Position numbers and translations under genes: made by a program. A DNA stretch of 64,000 bases from the human T2T-CHM13v2.0 reference genome, Homo sapiens. The stretch's first letter is position 1; each line of letters opens with the position of its first letter. The notes under the pieces were generated by a model that had not been told where the DNA came from, did not search any database, and saw only the letters and a list, made by a program, of their open reading frames with translations. The DNA lies in the NCBI RefSeq assembly GCF_009914755.1, contig NC_060948.1; one strand, 5' to 3'. This document shows, piece after piece, positions 11,186 through 22,636 of the stretch.

Positions 11186-13741
11186 CTGAGGGCTCGCTGA
11201 CCTACCGGGTGCCAGAGAGGCTGCGGCAGGGTTTCTGTGGCGTGGGTCGGGCAGCACAGGCCTTGGTGTGTGCGAGTGCCAAGGAGGGCACCGCCTTCAG
11301 GATGGAGGCTGTACAGGAGGGGGCGGCCGGGGTGGAGAGTGAGCAGGCGGCTTTGGGGGAGGAGGCGGTGCTGCTGTTGGATGACATAATGGCGGAGGTG
11401 GAGGTGGTGGCGGAGGAGGAGGGCCTCGTGGAGCGGCGGGAGGAGGCCCAGCGGGCACAGCAGGCTGTGCCTGGCCCTGGGCCCATGACCCCAGAGTCTG
11501 CACTGGAGGAGCTGCTGGCCGTTCAGGTGGAGCTGGAGCCGGTTAATGCCCAAGCCAGGAAGGCCTTTTCTCGGCAGCGGGAAAAGATGGAGCGGAGGCG
11601 CAAGCCCCACCTAGACCGCAGAGGCGCCGTCATCCAGAGCGTCCCTGGCTTCTGGGCCAATGTTGTATCCTTCTCAGTGTTTCTTCGGCCTTTCTAGTGG
11701 AGAGGTGCTCTCGGGGAAGTGTAAGTGACCGATGGGCAGCTCGGCGTCGATGTGACTCTTTGGGGAACAAAGGGGAGTTGCCACGGACCAGTGTGGCTGT
11801 GGAAAGCCGGAGCAGGCGTGGGTACTATTGTCCTGCATGCGGCAGAGAAACCCTTGGTGATGCCGAGCAGCAGACGTTTGGGGCATCTTTTTGAAGAGCA
11901 GAAGCGAGTTCAGAGCGGAAGAGGTTTTTCAGTGAATGAAGCTATTTTTAAGGGAGTGTGATTGCTGCCCCTTGCTAGTCCGATCTGGGACTGGGCGTCT
12001 TCGGCTATAAGCAGATTCTGCCACTCCTCAGACACCAGCAAGTCTCTGCAAATCGCGCCTCCCCATGTCAGTGCAGTCAGCCTCAGAATCATACACCCTC
12101 TGTGAACACAGGAGGCCTTAGTTTACGGGGAGGGGGAGGCGAAAGGAGATCATACATGGAAGCAGATCTGAGAAATCCCCTACCCCAGCCTCTGGGTGCT
12201 CTTAGGCCTTCTTCCCTGTTGCTCCTCGCTTTCCCTTCCATCGTGTGTAAAGTCTCTTTGACCTAAATCAGATTGCAAACCACCCCCAGATGTCAGCCCT
12301 GATCACTGACGAAGATGAAGACATGCTGAGCTACATGGTCAGCCTGGAGGTGAGGCCAGGAAGACTGGGGCTAGAGGGTTTAGCGGGGGAGGGTAAGGGA
12401 AATAATTCATTCCTGTAAGCAAGAGTGAGCACCTCACCCGAAAACCTATCTAAGCTTTCTCCACCTTGTCCTGACAGGTGGAAGAAGAGAAGCATCCTGT
12501 TCATCTCTGCAAGATCATGTTGTTCTTTCGGAGTAACCCCTACTTCCAGAATAAAGTGATTACCAAGGAATATCTGGTGAACATCACAGGTGACAGGTGG
12601 CTCCCAGGATGGGTAGTGGAAGGAAGATGGTGGGTGGATCATTGCCAACGGGATCCAGCCCCCTTCCCACAAAAACTCCTGTCTCTGTAGAATACAGGGC
12701 TTCTCATTCCACTCCAATTGAGTGGTATCCGGATTATGAAGTGGAGGCGTATCGCCGCAGACACCACAACAGCAGCCTTAACTTCTTCAACTGGTTCTCT
12801 GACCACAACTTCGCAGGATCTAACAAGATTGCTGAGGTGAGTCCTCACTGGGAAACATGAGGAATGACCCCGTGTGTTCCCAGCTGCTTGGGTCACCTTT
12901 CTGAGCCCTGATGAGGCCTTTCCCGATTGAGTCCCCTGACAGATCCTATGTAAGGACCTGTGGCGCAATCCCCTGCAATACTACAAGAGGATGAAGCCAC
13001 CTGAAGAGGGAACAGAGACGTCAGGTGAGCCGTTAGTTGGCACTGGAGCTGTTTGATGCCCAGTATAAGGGGGTTGACACACCTGCCTATTCAGGGAGCC
13101 TGGGTGCTCATTTCAGAAATGTAGAAATTGAGGCTCCTTTCGTACATGTAGAAATTCCTTGAGAGGAAGACAGAGAGTGACAGAATCCAGGACGTTCATG
13201 GCATTGGGCTGAAAAGGCACGTTAGAGACTGCACTGCAAAGCGGGTGATAGCTGTGGAGTCTTAAGCCCAGTGAAGAATCGTCCATTTCCAGAATCAATG
13301 AGAAGTAAAGCTGAAAATCATTCAGTTCAGTCTGTGGCACTTGATTCCACGGCTGTCAACCCCACCGGCAGTCATCCCACCAACCCCATGAGATTGGGCT
13401 CCCTGAATGTGCGTCCTGGTCATCCTTGCCCCAAACCACAAAGGACTGTTTAGATTGATGGATTTCCTTAAGCTGTTGCCCCATCAGACTTGTGTGTGCT
13501 TTTAGGGCCCAGTGCATCTTGTTAGCTGACTCCCCTCACAGACAATACTGGGAATGGGGCAGGGATTGCGCAGAACAGTTTGTAACACGTGGTAGGAGGA
13601 AGTTTAAGGGATCACAAATGGGGAAGGGATATCCTTTTCTCAGCGGGCCCCACAATTGAAACATTTCAAAGTATGGCTCAGAGAAAATGCGTTTTAACAT
13701 GAGTTTGTGTTTCTCTAGGGGACTCCCAGTTGTTGAGTTGA
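11179..13741 (+). CDS. TSPY1: Testis-specific Y-encoded protein (TSPY array copy), 308 aa, 6 coding exons
   Basis: Exons 11179-11664, 12272-12349, 12478-12589, 12691-12836, 12943-13024, 13719-13741. All introns are GT..AG and the total is 927 nt. Translation [18 protein letters not shown]...PGFWANV|[10 protein letters not shown]...|[32 protein letters not shown]...SFFNW-like LNFFNWF...LWRNPLQYY...GDSQLLS* contains the SET/NAP domain motifs. The specific array paralog number cannot be assigned from sequence alone. Confidence 0.96.
11665..12271 (+). other. TSPY intron 1, U12-type (minor spliceosome) GT-AG intron; copies at 31943-32549 and 52220-52826
   Basis: 5' splice site GTATCCTTC, branch-site-like TCTTTGAC at 12255-12262 about 10 nt before the AG, and no polypyrimidine tract between them. 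Confidence 0.8.
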
Positions 13742-13911
13742 ATATGATGGAGCATCAGATTTTACCTAATACAGCAGAACTCCTAAAAAGTTACAGCCAT
13801 ATGCAGGACGGCAGTACTCAGCATGGTCTTATGCACAGGAACTAAAGGAAAAAGAGATCGAGTCACAAAAATTCAGGAAGAGGGGGTAAATGTGGATTGT
13901 ATGGAATGAAA

Positions 13912-13917
13912 AATAAA
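13912..13917 (+). terminator. TSPY polyadenylation signal AATAAA (copies at 34190-34195 and 54467-54472)
   Basis: AATAAA ~170 nt after the stop codon, followed by a GT-rich downstream element. Confidence 0.8.
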
Positions 13918-13928
13918 CATTCTCAAGG

Positions 13929-13996
13929 ATGTGTGACTCTGTGTCTGTGTGTGTGTGTGTGTGTCTTTGAGTTTGTGTGTGTGTGTGTGTGTGTAT
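13929..13996. repeat. Interrupted (TG)n microsatellite just 3' of the TSPY poly(A) signal (copies ~34207-34274, ~54484-54551)
   Basis: gtgtgactctgtgtctgtgtgtgtgtgtgtgtgtctttgagtttgtgtgtgtgtgtgtgtgtgt. Confidence 0.9.
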
Positions 13997-16652
13997 GTTT
14001 ATCCACTTTATTCGGGTGTCATAATGAATTGATCAATCCACGTGCTTTATTCTCTTCATGGAAATAACCAGTCTGCGTTGGAGCTGGGCCTCTAAAGTTG
14101 TAGAGTGAATGGGTGTGGGATGTGTTGGGATTCTTCCTACAGGACAGAGTGGGAGAGGTAAAAGCAAAAGACAGCTTAGTTGGAGGCTGACTTCGTCCTG
14201 TGGAAGCAGAGATAGTTCAAGGAAAGGGGTTACTGGGTTTCCAGGGCCCAGTTTGCTGGGACCTCCAAAATCCTTCATTTTGGGTATCATCATACACAGT
14301 AGCTAAGCACAGGATGATGGAAATCTTAAAGTTCGCTTTCGTGTTGAATCCACATGTTCTTTTAAAGGTGAATGCATGATCCTTTTCTGGGACAATCAGC
14401 CTCTCAGGACTTCTGAAACATCAACGTGAGAAGAAATGGGCATGTAAGGTGTATGGAGGGACTGTGGGAAAGGTGACAGAGGCATGTGGGAAGGCATTCA
14501 GGATACGCTTTTGGCATAGATGACTAAGGGAAAACAGAAACTTACAGAAGTGAGGGGAAAGGGGGTGGATTAGTGGAATATAAGATTGTTGGAGAATCCA
14601 TCCATGGACTCTCTTGTCACTTGATGACCCAGGATATGGACACTCTTGTTGATGTTTACATCTTTAGTTGTTTTAAGCTTTTCTCCAAGATTCTGTGTTA
14701 GGTGAGGAGCCAATAACGTATGTAGCTAACAACAGTACGAGTGCATTTTGTGCTCTTGCAAAGTCTAGTGAGGCTCTATTCTCCCTCGTGATTGGCACTG
14801 CAGATTGTATCTGGAGCCCAGGGCCCCTAAATTTTCTGTGGCCTCTTCAGCATAGTTTGCCTAAGGTTTAGAACGTAAAGCGAATATAGTTGCGGAATAT
14901 GTTTTGCAAGCCTCACACAGGAGGACAAAACATACAGCTTTCATTCGCGAGTGGGAGGCTGCTTCCCAGGAACACGTGTGTCTGCACAAGACAAGGGGTT
15001 GCCTCTGTCAAGGATGGGGCAGGAGGATTTCAGTGTCGGAGGCAGAACTTTCTTTCCTGTTCCCAGATGAAACAGTTCCAACACGAGCATCCATGTTGAC
15101 CACACGCTACTAGAGTGCTAACATTGCTGTCCCGTATAGACTCTGGTCAGCACAGCTTCTGTGAGAAGAGCTATGTTGTTTCAGGGAAGAGGGTTTGACA
15201 GTCAAAGTTCCTGAATCTGTTGTGGTGCCTGCAATATGCATTCTACCCCTCCTGCTCGGTGTCAAAGCAGTTGAGCTTTGAAAATCTATCGCCCGGTTTT
15301 GTCCCTGCTCCTATGCAGACCTCTGAAGCTCTGGAGCGGGAGTCTTGTCCTCCTCTGACTACCGTCCCCCTGACCCACAAACACAGGAGAAACAGGTGTT
15401 CTAAGCAAATTATTCTGAAAACAGTCGGAACCCTTTGGCCCCCTCAAGCTGCCCTGTATCCTACTGTGTGCATGTCAAAGACACTGTGGTCCAGTACGGT
15501 ATCCCTATAGCGGCAATGGGGCAACAGATTGGTGTGTGCACTCTGGGCAACTCAGATTAGGAAACGTCTGGGGACTTGCCTATAACGAGGTCGTCTTAAA
15601 ACGTGTTGCCCCAAATTTAAGGCATAGGAAAATGTTGAGGAAAGGGTCTTGCAATGATTTTTCTAGGAGGTAAATAGATAAGAAAATGACCGTAAATAGA
15701 TGCCAGGGCTAGTTTTGGAGCTAGCCTGTTTTAAAGTGGTGGTAGGGGAGGAGCTTTTTCCAAGGCAGGTAGCAAACCAGGAACTGTCTACGATGGATGG
15801 GCGTGCCACGGGTTGGTGGCTCAGCCATATTGCCACCCCACCGAGTGAATGCAGCAGACTGGGCTTCTTCCTTGAATCCTACGTGCAATTCAGTCTAGTG
15901 ATTTCACATGAGATCCCTTCTTCTGGTATTATCACAGATCGTGCTGAATTATACAGGCTGTGTAATGCTTCTTCCACTGAATATCCGTGCACGTGGGCCA
16001 CAGATGCTAAGGGCACTGACAAATTTGCACCGTGCCTCAGTAACTCGGAAGCACATCTGTGATTTGTACCGACAGGGACTTGGTGTCTTTTCGTGTTTAA
16101 AGTAGCACGTGTGTGTTTGTGGTTGCGTATGTTTATTTCTCTGTGCGGGTTTGTATATTTTCTCTGACTCCACCTGTGTCTCCGTGGTTCCGATATTTTT
16201 CCACACTCCCTGCGACAATTTGCACATGCCTATCTCTACAACCATTGTAGACTTTGTATCTGTGTCTTTGAACATCTGTCACTCTCTCTCCCTTCCTTTT
16301 TTCTTTTCCTTCCTTTACACCCCTTTCATCCTTCCCTTGCTTCCCCACCACACTCTCTCCATCTGTATCGTCTATCTTTCTATTCTCTATCTGGGTTTAC
16401 TTTCTAATTCTGAATTCAAGGGCATTGAATTGAAAAGAAGCACTCTTCGTACTTTTATGTGTTTTAACTCATTTGGGGAATTTGGCGTGGTATTATTTAC
16501 AGGGTTCTCTCTGCCCTTTCTCATTGTTCTCCCCAGCCGGGGCTGTTATTATGTGAAAGCTGGTTTCCTTCATCACATCGCGTAGGCTCTAATGATGTTT
16601 CGTTTATTTTGATTCTCCTCACACTACATAGTTTTAATTTACCTAATGTGAC

Positions 16653-16960
16653 TGTTTTTTTGTTTGTTTTCCGAGAATGGGTCTTACTCTGTCTTCTAGG
16701 TTGGACAGCAGCCCCACGATCTCAGCCCACTGCAGCCCAGGCACCACACACCCATGTGATCCTGTCAACTCAGACTCTCACACACCTGGCAGTACAGGTG
16801 CATGCCACCCCTCCAAGCTATGTATTAATTAACTAAATACTTACTTTTTGAATGTGGGTCCATGTTGCCCCAGGCTCATCTGGAACTCCTGAGTGCAGGC
16901 AATCCTCCCACCTCAGCTTATCAAAGTGCTGGGATGACAGGTGTGACCCATGGCCCTGCC
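16653..16960 (-). mobile_element. Old Alu (AluJ-like), antisense
   Basis: T-tail, then gggtcttactctgtc..gatctcagcccactgcagcc..catgttgccccaggct..gaactcctgag..caatcctcccacctcagc..caaagtgctgggatgacaggtgtga. Confidence 0.85.
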
Positions 16961-17103
16961 ATGGCTTTGTGTTTTTTGCTTTTTCTTCCTCCTCCTCACG
17001 TCTTGTTTTGAAACATGCACTGAAGGTTTCAATTCATGGACTATAGTCTCTGTGCCTGGAATTTCTATCTTTCAACTCATCATCAGCATTCATTGGGATT
17101 TTC

Positions 17104-17236
17104 ATATATATATACACCTATATAAGAATACCTATGTACACACATATATACGTATATACATGTATATACGTATATATGCACATTTATATACGTATATACA
17201 TGTATATACGTATATATATACATGTACACATATGTA
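17104..17236. repeat. (TA/TACG/TACA) alternating purine-pyrimidine repeat containing two perfect palindromes; copies ~37383-37515 and ~57660-57792
   Basis: 36-bp palindrome at 17143-17178 and 32-bp palindrome at 17185-17216. Confidence 0.9.
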
Positions 17237-17344
17237 TTTATTTCTCAAGTTACGAAACGGCTTGCATTCTTTCCTGTGTCATGAAAAAGACTTTGCTAGA
17301 AAAGAAAAGCACTGCTTTATAATAAAATATTTTATTTGCATTTA

Positions 17345-19135
17345 TTTTGTTAAGGCATTTTAAAAATTGTATGTTTGTTTAAAAAATGTCATATGAAATG
17401 ATACATATTTACAACTTAAGGCGTGATGTTCAACAGGTCATATACATTATGCATTGGATACATCCAGCCAATCAACATATGTGTGACCTCACATAGTTGT
17501 CATTTTTGTTGTGAAAAAACTTGACCTGCACTGTATTCGAATATTTTTAGAGAAAGAATATGTTACCACTAGTTATAGTGAGCATGCTGAAGAAAATATT
17601 TTTAACCTATTCCTCCTTTATAACTAGAAGTATGAGTTCTTCATCCAGCATCTCGTCAGTGCACCCTCTTCACCGCAGTCATTGGAGTCACTACTTCTGT
17701 GAAGTCCGCTTTTTTGATTTCATATAAGAATGAGATCATGTGCTATTTTCCTTTCTGATACCTGGCTTATGTCACTTAACAGAATGGCATGCACACATTC
17801 AGCAGATTCCCACACATTCTCACAACTGGCAGGATTTCCTGATTTCTTATTGCAGCGCATATTTCCGTTGCGCATATGCGTTTTTGCCCCATTTTTTAAT
17901 CCACTTATCAATGGAGGGACACTCAGGTTGCTTCCGCATTTTGGCTACAGCAAAAATGTAATGAGTGCAGCAATAATTGCATGGGTGCGCGCACCGCTTC
18001 AACATACTGATCTGTGTACTGGCGGGCGTGCCCGGGTATTCTGATTTGCTGGATCATATAGTGGGTGGTTCTACTTGTAGATTTCTGAAGGCTGTTTATA
18101 CTTAAATAAGAGCCATAAAGCTTCTTTGATGCCAGCACTAATTTACATTCTCCCCAAAAGTGAGCAGGGAATTCGTTTTCTCTGCCTCCTCACCAGAGAT
18201 TAGGGTTTTCTTTTCTTTCTTTTTTTTTTTTTGTTTGTTTGTCTTTCGGATAATATGCATTCTGACTGAAGTGAGAAGAAATCTCATTGTGTTTTTGATT
18301 TGCATTTTCGTGATGGATTGGGGATAATGAGGAATTTTTAGTGTGTCTTCTGGGCAACTGTATGTCTCAGTTTCACAAATGAGTCTTCGCAGCCTTCGCC
18401 CATTTGTTTTCATGCTATTGAGTTGTTGGGAGTTCCTTATGTACTGTGACTATTCCCCCATGAACAGATGTATGGTGATCCAATCATTGCTCCCATCCTG
18501 TAGGATGCCCCTTCTGTATGTTGAGTTTTCTATGGTGTGGTGAAGCACTTTAGTTTGATATGATTCCATTCTCTATTTTTGATGGTGTTTACTGTGTTCT
18601 TGCAGTCACTTTGAGACCATCATTGCACACACGGACGCCATGGAGCTGCTTCCTTGTGATCTCTTCTGCTATTTTTATCGTTTCACATCTGACACTGGAG
18701 TTTGGTGATAAATAATCCACTTGTAAAATCCTTTGTGTGGCTATTCAGATTTCCCCAACCTAGTTTATAGAAGATACTTGATTTTGCATTGGGCGTTCTT
18801 GCTTCTTTGGGAAAAGGCTGTGAGCTGCAAATGCAGTGACTTAGTTCTGGGCTCCTGTTGTTTTTCCTAAGCTCTAGTCTCTGCTTTTCTGCCAGCGCTA
18901 TTGTATTTTGGTACAAAAAGTTTTGTAGTAGTATATCATGAAGTTAGGTAGTGGGGTGGCTCCAGCTTTGTGCTTTTTACTGGATTGCTCTGGGTTTTCA
19001 GGATCTTCTGCCATTTCATAGCAAATTTGGGATTCCCAGATTGTTTTCTAAGAAGAATGTGTCATTGATACTTTTACAGGGGTTGTATAGAATCTGAGGA
19101 TGACTCAGGTAGTAGTGATGTCAATGCCGTTTAGA
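17345..19135 (-). mobile_element. L1 (L1MA-like) 3' end plus ORF2 C-terminal region, 5'-truncated
   Basis: Minus-strand peptides KMQIKNTMRFLLTSVRM and SIFYKLGWGN resemble L1 ORF2 (EMQIKTTMRYHLTPVRM; SLFNKWCWEN). 3'-end motif gagatcatgtgctattttcctttctgatacctggcttat is present. Confidence 0.88.
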
Positions 19136-19169
19136 CAATGTGCGTGTTTGTGTGCACATGCTCAGGGCC

Positions 19170-20600
19170 AAGAGACACTGGGTGTCCTCACCAATACTGA
19201 GGTGGGCCTTAATATCCAGCCAGATTGCCTTCTGGAAACACACGGAATGTCCTGTTCTGTTTTGCCATCTCTTCACATTTCCTCCCCTGTGAGCCCTGTG
19301 TGGTCCTCCAGATTCCCTGTGCGGTGGCCTGCCTTTTTTGGGGTGGGGAGTTGCTGGGTGAATGAGGATGGCGGAGGGAACCAAGCATGTCAGTGGAGCG
19401 TGGTGTCATCCAAACGGTACTTAGCAGGCCTGGGAGAGTCATTCTGGGAGGACGCAGACCTAGAGAGGCCTCAGGTGGGCATCTGTGTGGAGGGTGAGAG
19501 ATCCCTGGTTGAGCCCAAACTGAACCCCAGGTAGAAGCAAGCCTCAGGACAGGGAAGTAGCTAGCAAGGGATGATGAGGCAGCTATCTCTTGACCCTGGC
19601 TTCCCACCCATTGACCTTAGCTACTTATGCCTATTAAGCAGATTACGGTTCCCCCATCGTGAAATGTGGGTACCACAGTTCCCTGATGGGCATTTCTCCA
19701 CCAGCCCATGATGGCCTGAGTTTCCTTACTGCAGTCTCCTCCCTGAGCCTTGGCTTCTCTATGTGTGTCCTAACTCCAGGACCCACAGGCCTGTCAACCC
19801 CCAGCCCTGGGCTGCTTCCCTGGCCTCTTCTCTGTTCCCTCTCTGAGGGCCTAACTCCCTTGGGTAGTGCTGCAGAATATAGAGCCACAGGCCCTGGCTG
19901 ATGATCTGGTGGACTGGGCAAATTGGTCGTGACAGGTCAGGTTCTGGTTCAAAGCCAATTCCTCCGATGCCAAGGAATGTCGAAGAAGGTCCTTTGCCAT
20001 GATGTCCCATAGCTGTCCCACCTCAGCAATCGTGCCGTAACCTGGGCCCTCACAGTCAGACAACCAGCTGAAGAAGCTCAGGCAGTGACCTGCGGGAAAC
20101 TCGGGCTTTCACCTGCATGACCCTAGAACCACTGGACTGCAGTGGAGCCAGTCGCCCTGTATCCTGGAGGGAGACGAGTCAGGAAGGCGCACGCCAGGCC
20201 CAGCTCCCGAGGTACTACCCCCTCTACTCCTCAGGGAGGATGCCAACGCAATACTCCTTAGTCATCACTTTGTTTCCGAAGTAAATGTTGTGATGAAAGG
20301 CAAACTTCTTCCTACCCCTTGTATTCAGGTGGCCGAGTTCCTCCACCTGCCTGTCCAAGAAGGAGAAACAGGGCTGTGAAGGGGCAATTTCATCTAGGTG
20401 GGCTGAGGTGGCACTCTAGCCGGGGTGAAGCATGCGTTTCCCCTTCCCAGCTTTCCCGCTGAGACACACCTGAGCCCCAGAAGGACCTCAACCTGACCAG
20501 GACCTTAGCACCCTCCCCCAGACCCAGGCTTTCCATCCTGACCTGCAAATCCAACATGCAGCTTTGAAGGACTTTCTCATGGTTTCTGAGCTCCTTGCTC
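19170..20600 (-). pseudogene. Degenerate TSPY-family paralog B (exon 2-5 fragment)
   Basis: Diverged direct repeat of 7270-8740. Minus-strand peptides FAFHHNIYFGNKVMTKEYCVGIL (exon 3-like), YRATGSTAVQWF* ... SFFSWLSDCEGPGYGTIAE (exon 4-like, with stop and frameshift) and IISQGLWLYILQHY (exon 5-like). No exon 1 homolog seen. Confidence 0.8.
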
Positions 20601-22636
20601 TCACCAGAAAGAATCAGAACTTTTAAAGTGTTCTTTATGCCAACTTAAATTTTTCATTTTTACTACCTCATGTTTTGGATGAGGCATGTATTTTTAAATT
20701 TATTTTCACCCTTATTGTACCTCTATGATAAACTGCTTGCTTACATTCATACCGTAATTATCTCTCAGGTTACTTGTCTGTTCCTAAAGATTCACTGAAA
20801 CGAAGAATTCTATATATGCTTGTATCTTTCAGCAACCGTATGTCAGATAGCACTGCACATTACTGCAGACATCGCATATACAGGTCCAAAGGTAGAGGAA
20901 GAAGAAGAAAGCAAGCGTTAAACTCTATTCATTCCTAAAAGCATATCAGAAACTCACAAATAACAGTGAAATCAAAGAATGATCACAGCCAATTCCATTA
21001 CATACCTAGACTGAAATACGAAACTTCAAAGAAAAGAAACATTAGAACTTTGGGTTTGTAAAAATTTTCCTATATAGATAAAATTGTTGGTAACTGTGTC
21101 TCACTAGAAAACGTAAACAAAAATCCATGTTTTTCATATTTGTAAATATACATAGTTTTATTTCCATCAGTTATGACATGCAAGCAAGTAATAAAGTGAA
21201 AGTACAATCAAATGATATATGGAACTTCCTCAGTCTTAAAATATTCCGTGGAGACTATCAATTTTATGAAAACTATAAAGAATGCTTCATGAAACTACAT
21301 TGTACAGTGCCATTTACTATTTTACTGACATTTTAAATAATCAACAATTAAAGGGAATACGTCAACATTATTTAATACCAATAACGTTATTTTTCTTGAG
21401 TAATCCTGTTGAAATTAAGGATTTTAAATAAAACATTAAAAACAAATTATATTGACTGATTTCAGCTTTGGATGAAATCATACTTGTGTATTTGTAGTAA
21501 TGCGAAGCATAACTTTCTCCTCACAATTAATCTTTTATAACATCGGTGTTATAGTTTTCTCTGACACCAACATTGTGATATCGCACAGGTTTACTGCATG
21601 CATGCATTACATGCCTCCAGAGAGTAGGCTTCAAATATATGGAAAAATTATATTTATGAAAAAATTCTAGGAAAGGGAATGGTGAAATGGAAGAGAATTT
21701 CTCACTTGCTAACTGTTGGACATGGATTTGTATATATTTGGATATAGACACATACTGGCACATTGTGAGTTTGCCCATGTATATATACACTTATATGAGA
21801 AACCCATAATATATGGGTTGTGTAATCTTTTAATTAATCCATAATTGTATGTGTGTGAAATTAGATAAGCGGTTACCTTTTCTTTACTCAATTTGATGGA
21901 AAGCCAAAAAACTCTGTCCACCTTCATTTCAATTAATCCAATACTGTTAACTGCTGGTAGCTTCATTCTCCTTGTTCTCTTACGGCAACCGGAAAGTTAA
22001 TTCTCGCTCTAATTTGGCTTTCAAGGTGCGATCAACAAGAGTGTCACCTTGCTGTGGATTGTGACCTCTGACTCCACCTCTGTCTTCCTTTTGCAGTCCT
22101 ACCTTTGCATAGGTAACAAACTTTGTACATGGTTAAAAGGATAAAAGTTCAGTGAAATGTCAAGCCATGCTGTGAAATGTTCCATAGTTTCTATATCTCT
22201 AATTGTCCTTTGATGTTATAGAGGCAAGAAAAATAATTCAATCTTTTTCTTAGTATCTAGTCCAATGCACTCTTTCTTCATAATACTGCAAACAAGGCAC
22301 TGACATGGAAACGTGGCTGGACGTCTCAAAATCTCTTCTCATTAATTACCATTATGTTAATCACTGTTGCCCACAACTGGAATTGGACTTTGAAATCCCC
22401 TGGTGGAAATTGCTATAATGGCTCAAACTACTGGAAAGACTATCTTTTTTTACCTGAAAATATCTGATGAGCATAGACGTATGCTATATACAGGAAGATA
22501 TTGTACATTAACAACATACCATCACTGCCACTCAATAATAGGTATCCCAAACCTTTGAGCCAAACTGAGCTCGGGTGCTCCCACAAACCAAGCTTTTCCC
22601 TCCACAGATTTCTTATGTCAAAAAGCCACAACTCCA

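Larger units (their letters stand above)
1..20261. repeat. TSPY tandem array unit 1 (~20.3 kb, DYZ5-type)
   Basis: The sequence at position 1 (tcatcactttgtttccgaag) recurs at 20262, 40542 and 60818, and the ORF track repeats with the same period. The unit phase is set arbitrarily to the window start. Confidence 0.97.

Noticed and set aside
10894-11610. 238-aa minus-strand ORF and other long overlapping ORFs at 9400-11600
   Set aside because: Shadow ORFs in GC-rich sequence antisense to TSPY exon 1 or relic A, with low-complexity composition and no recognisable domain.
11665-11697. 172-aa single-exon ORF ending [10 protein letters not shown]
   Set aside because: This is read-through of exon 1 into intron 1; the spliced gene continues at 12272.
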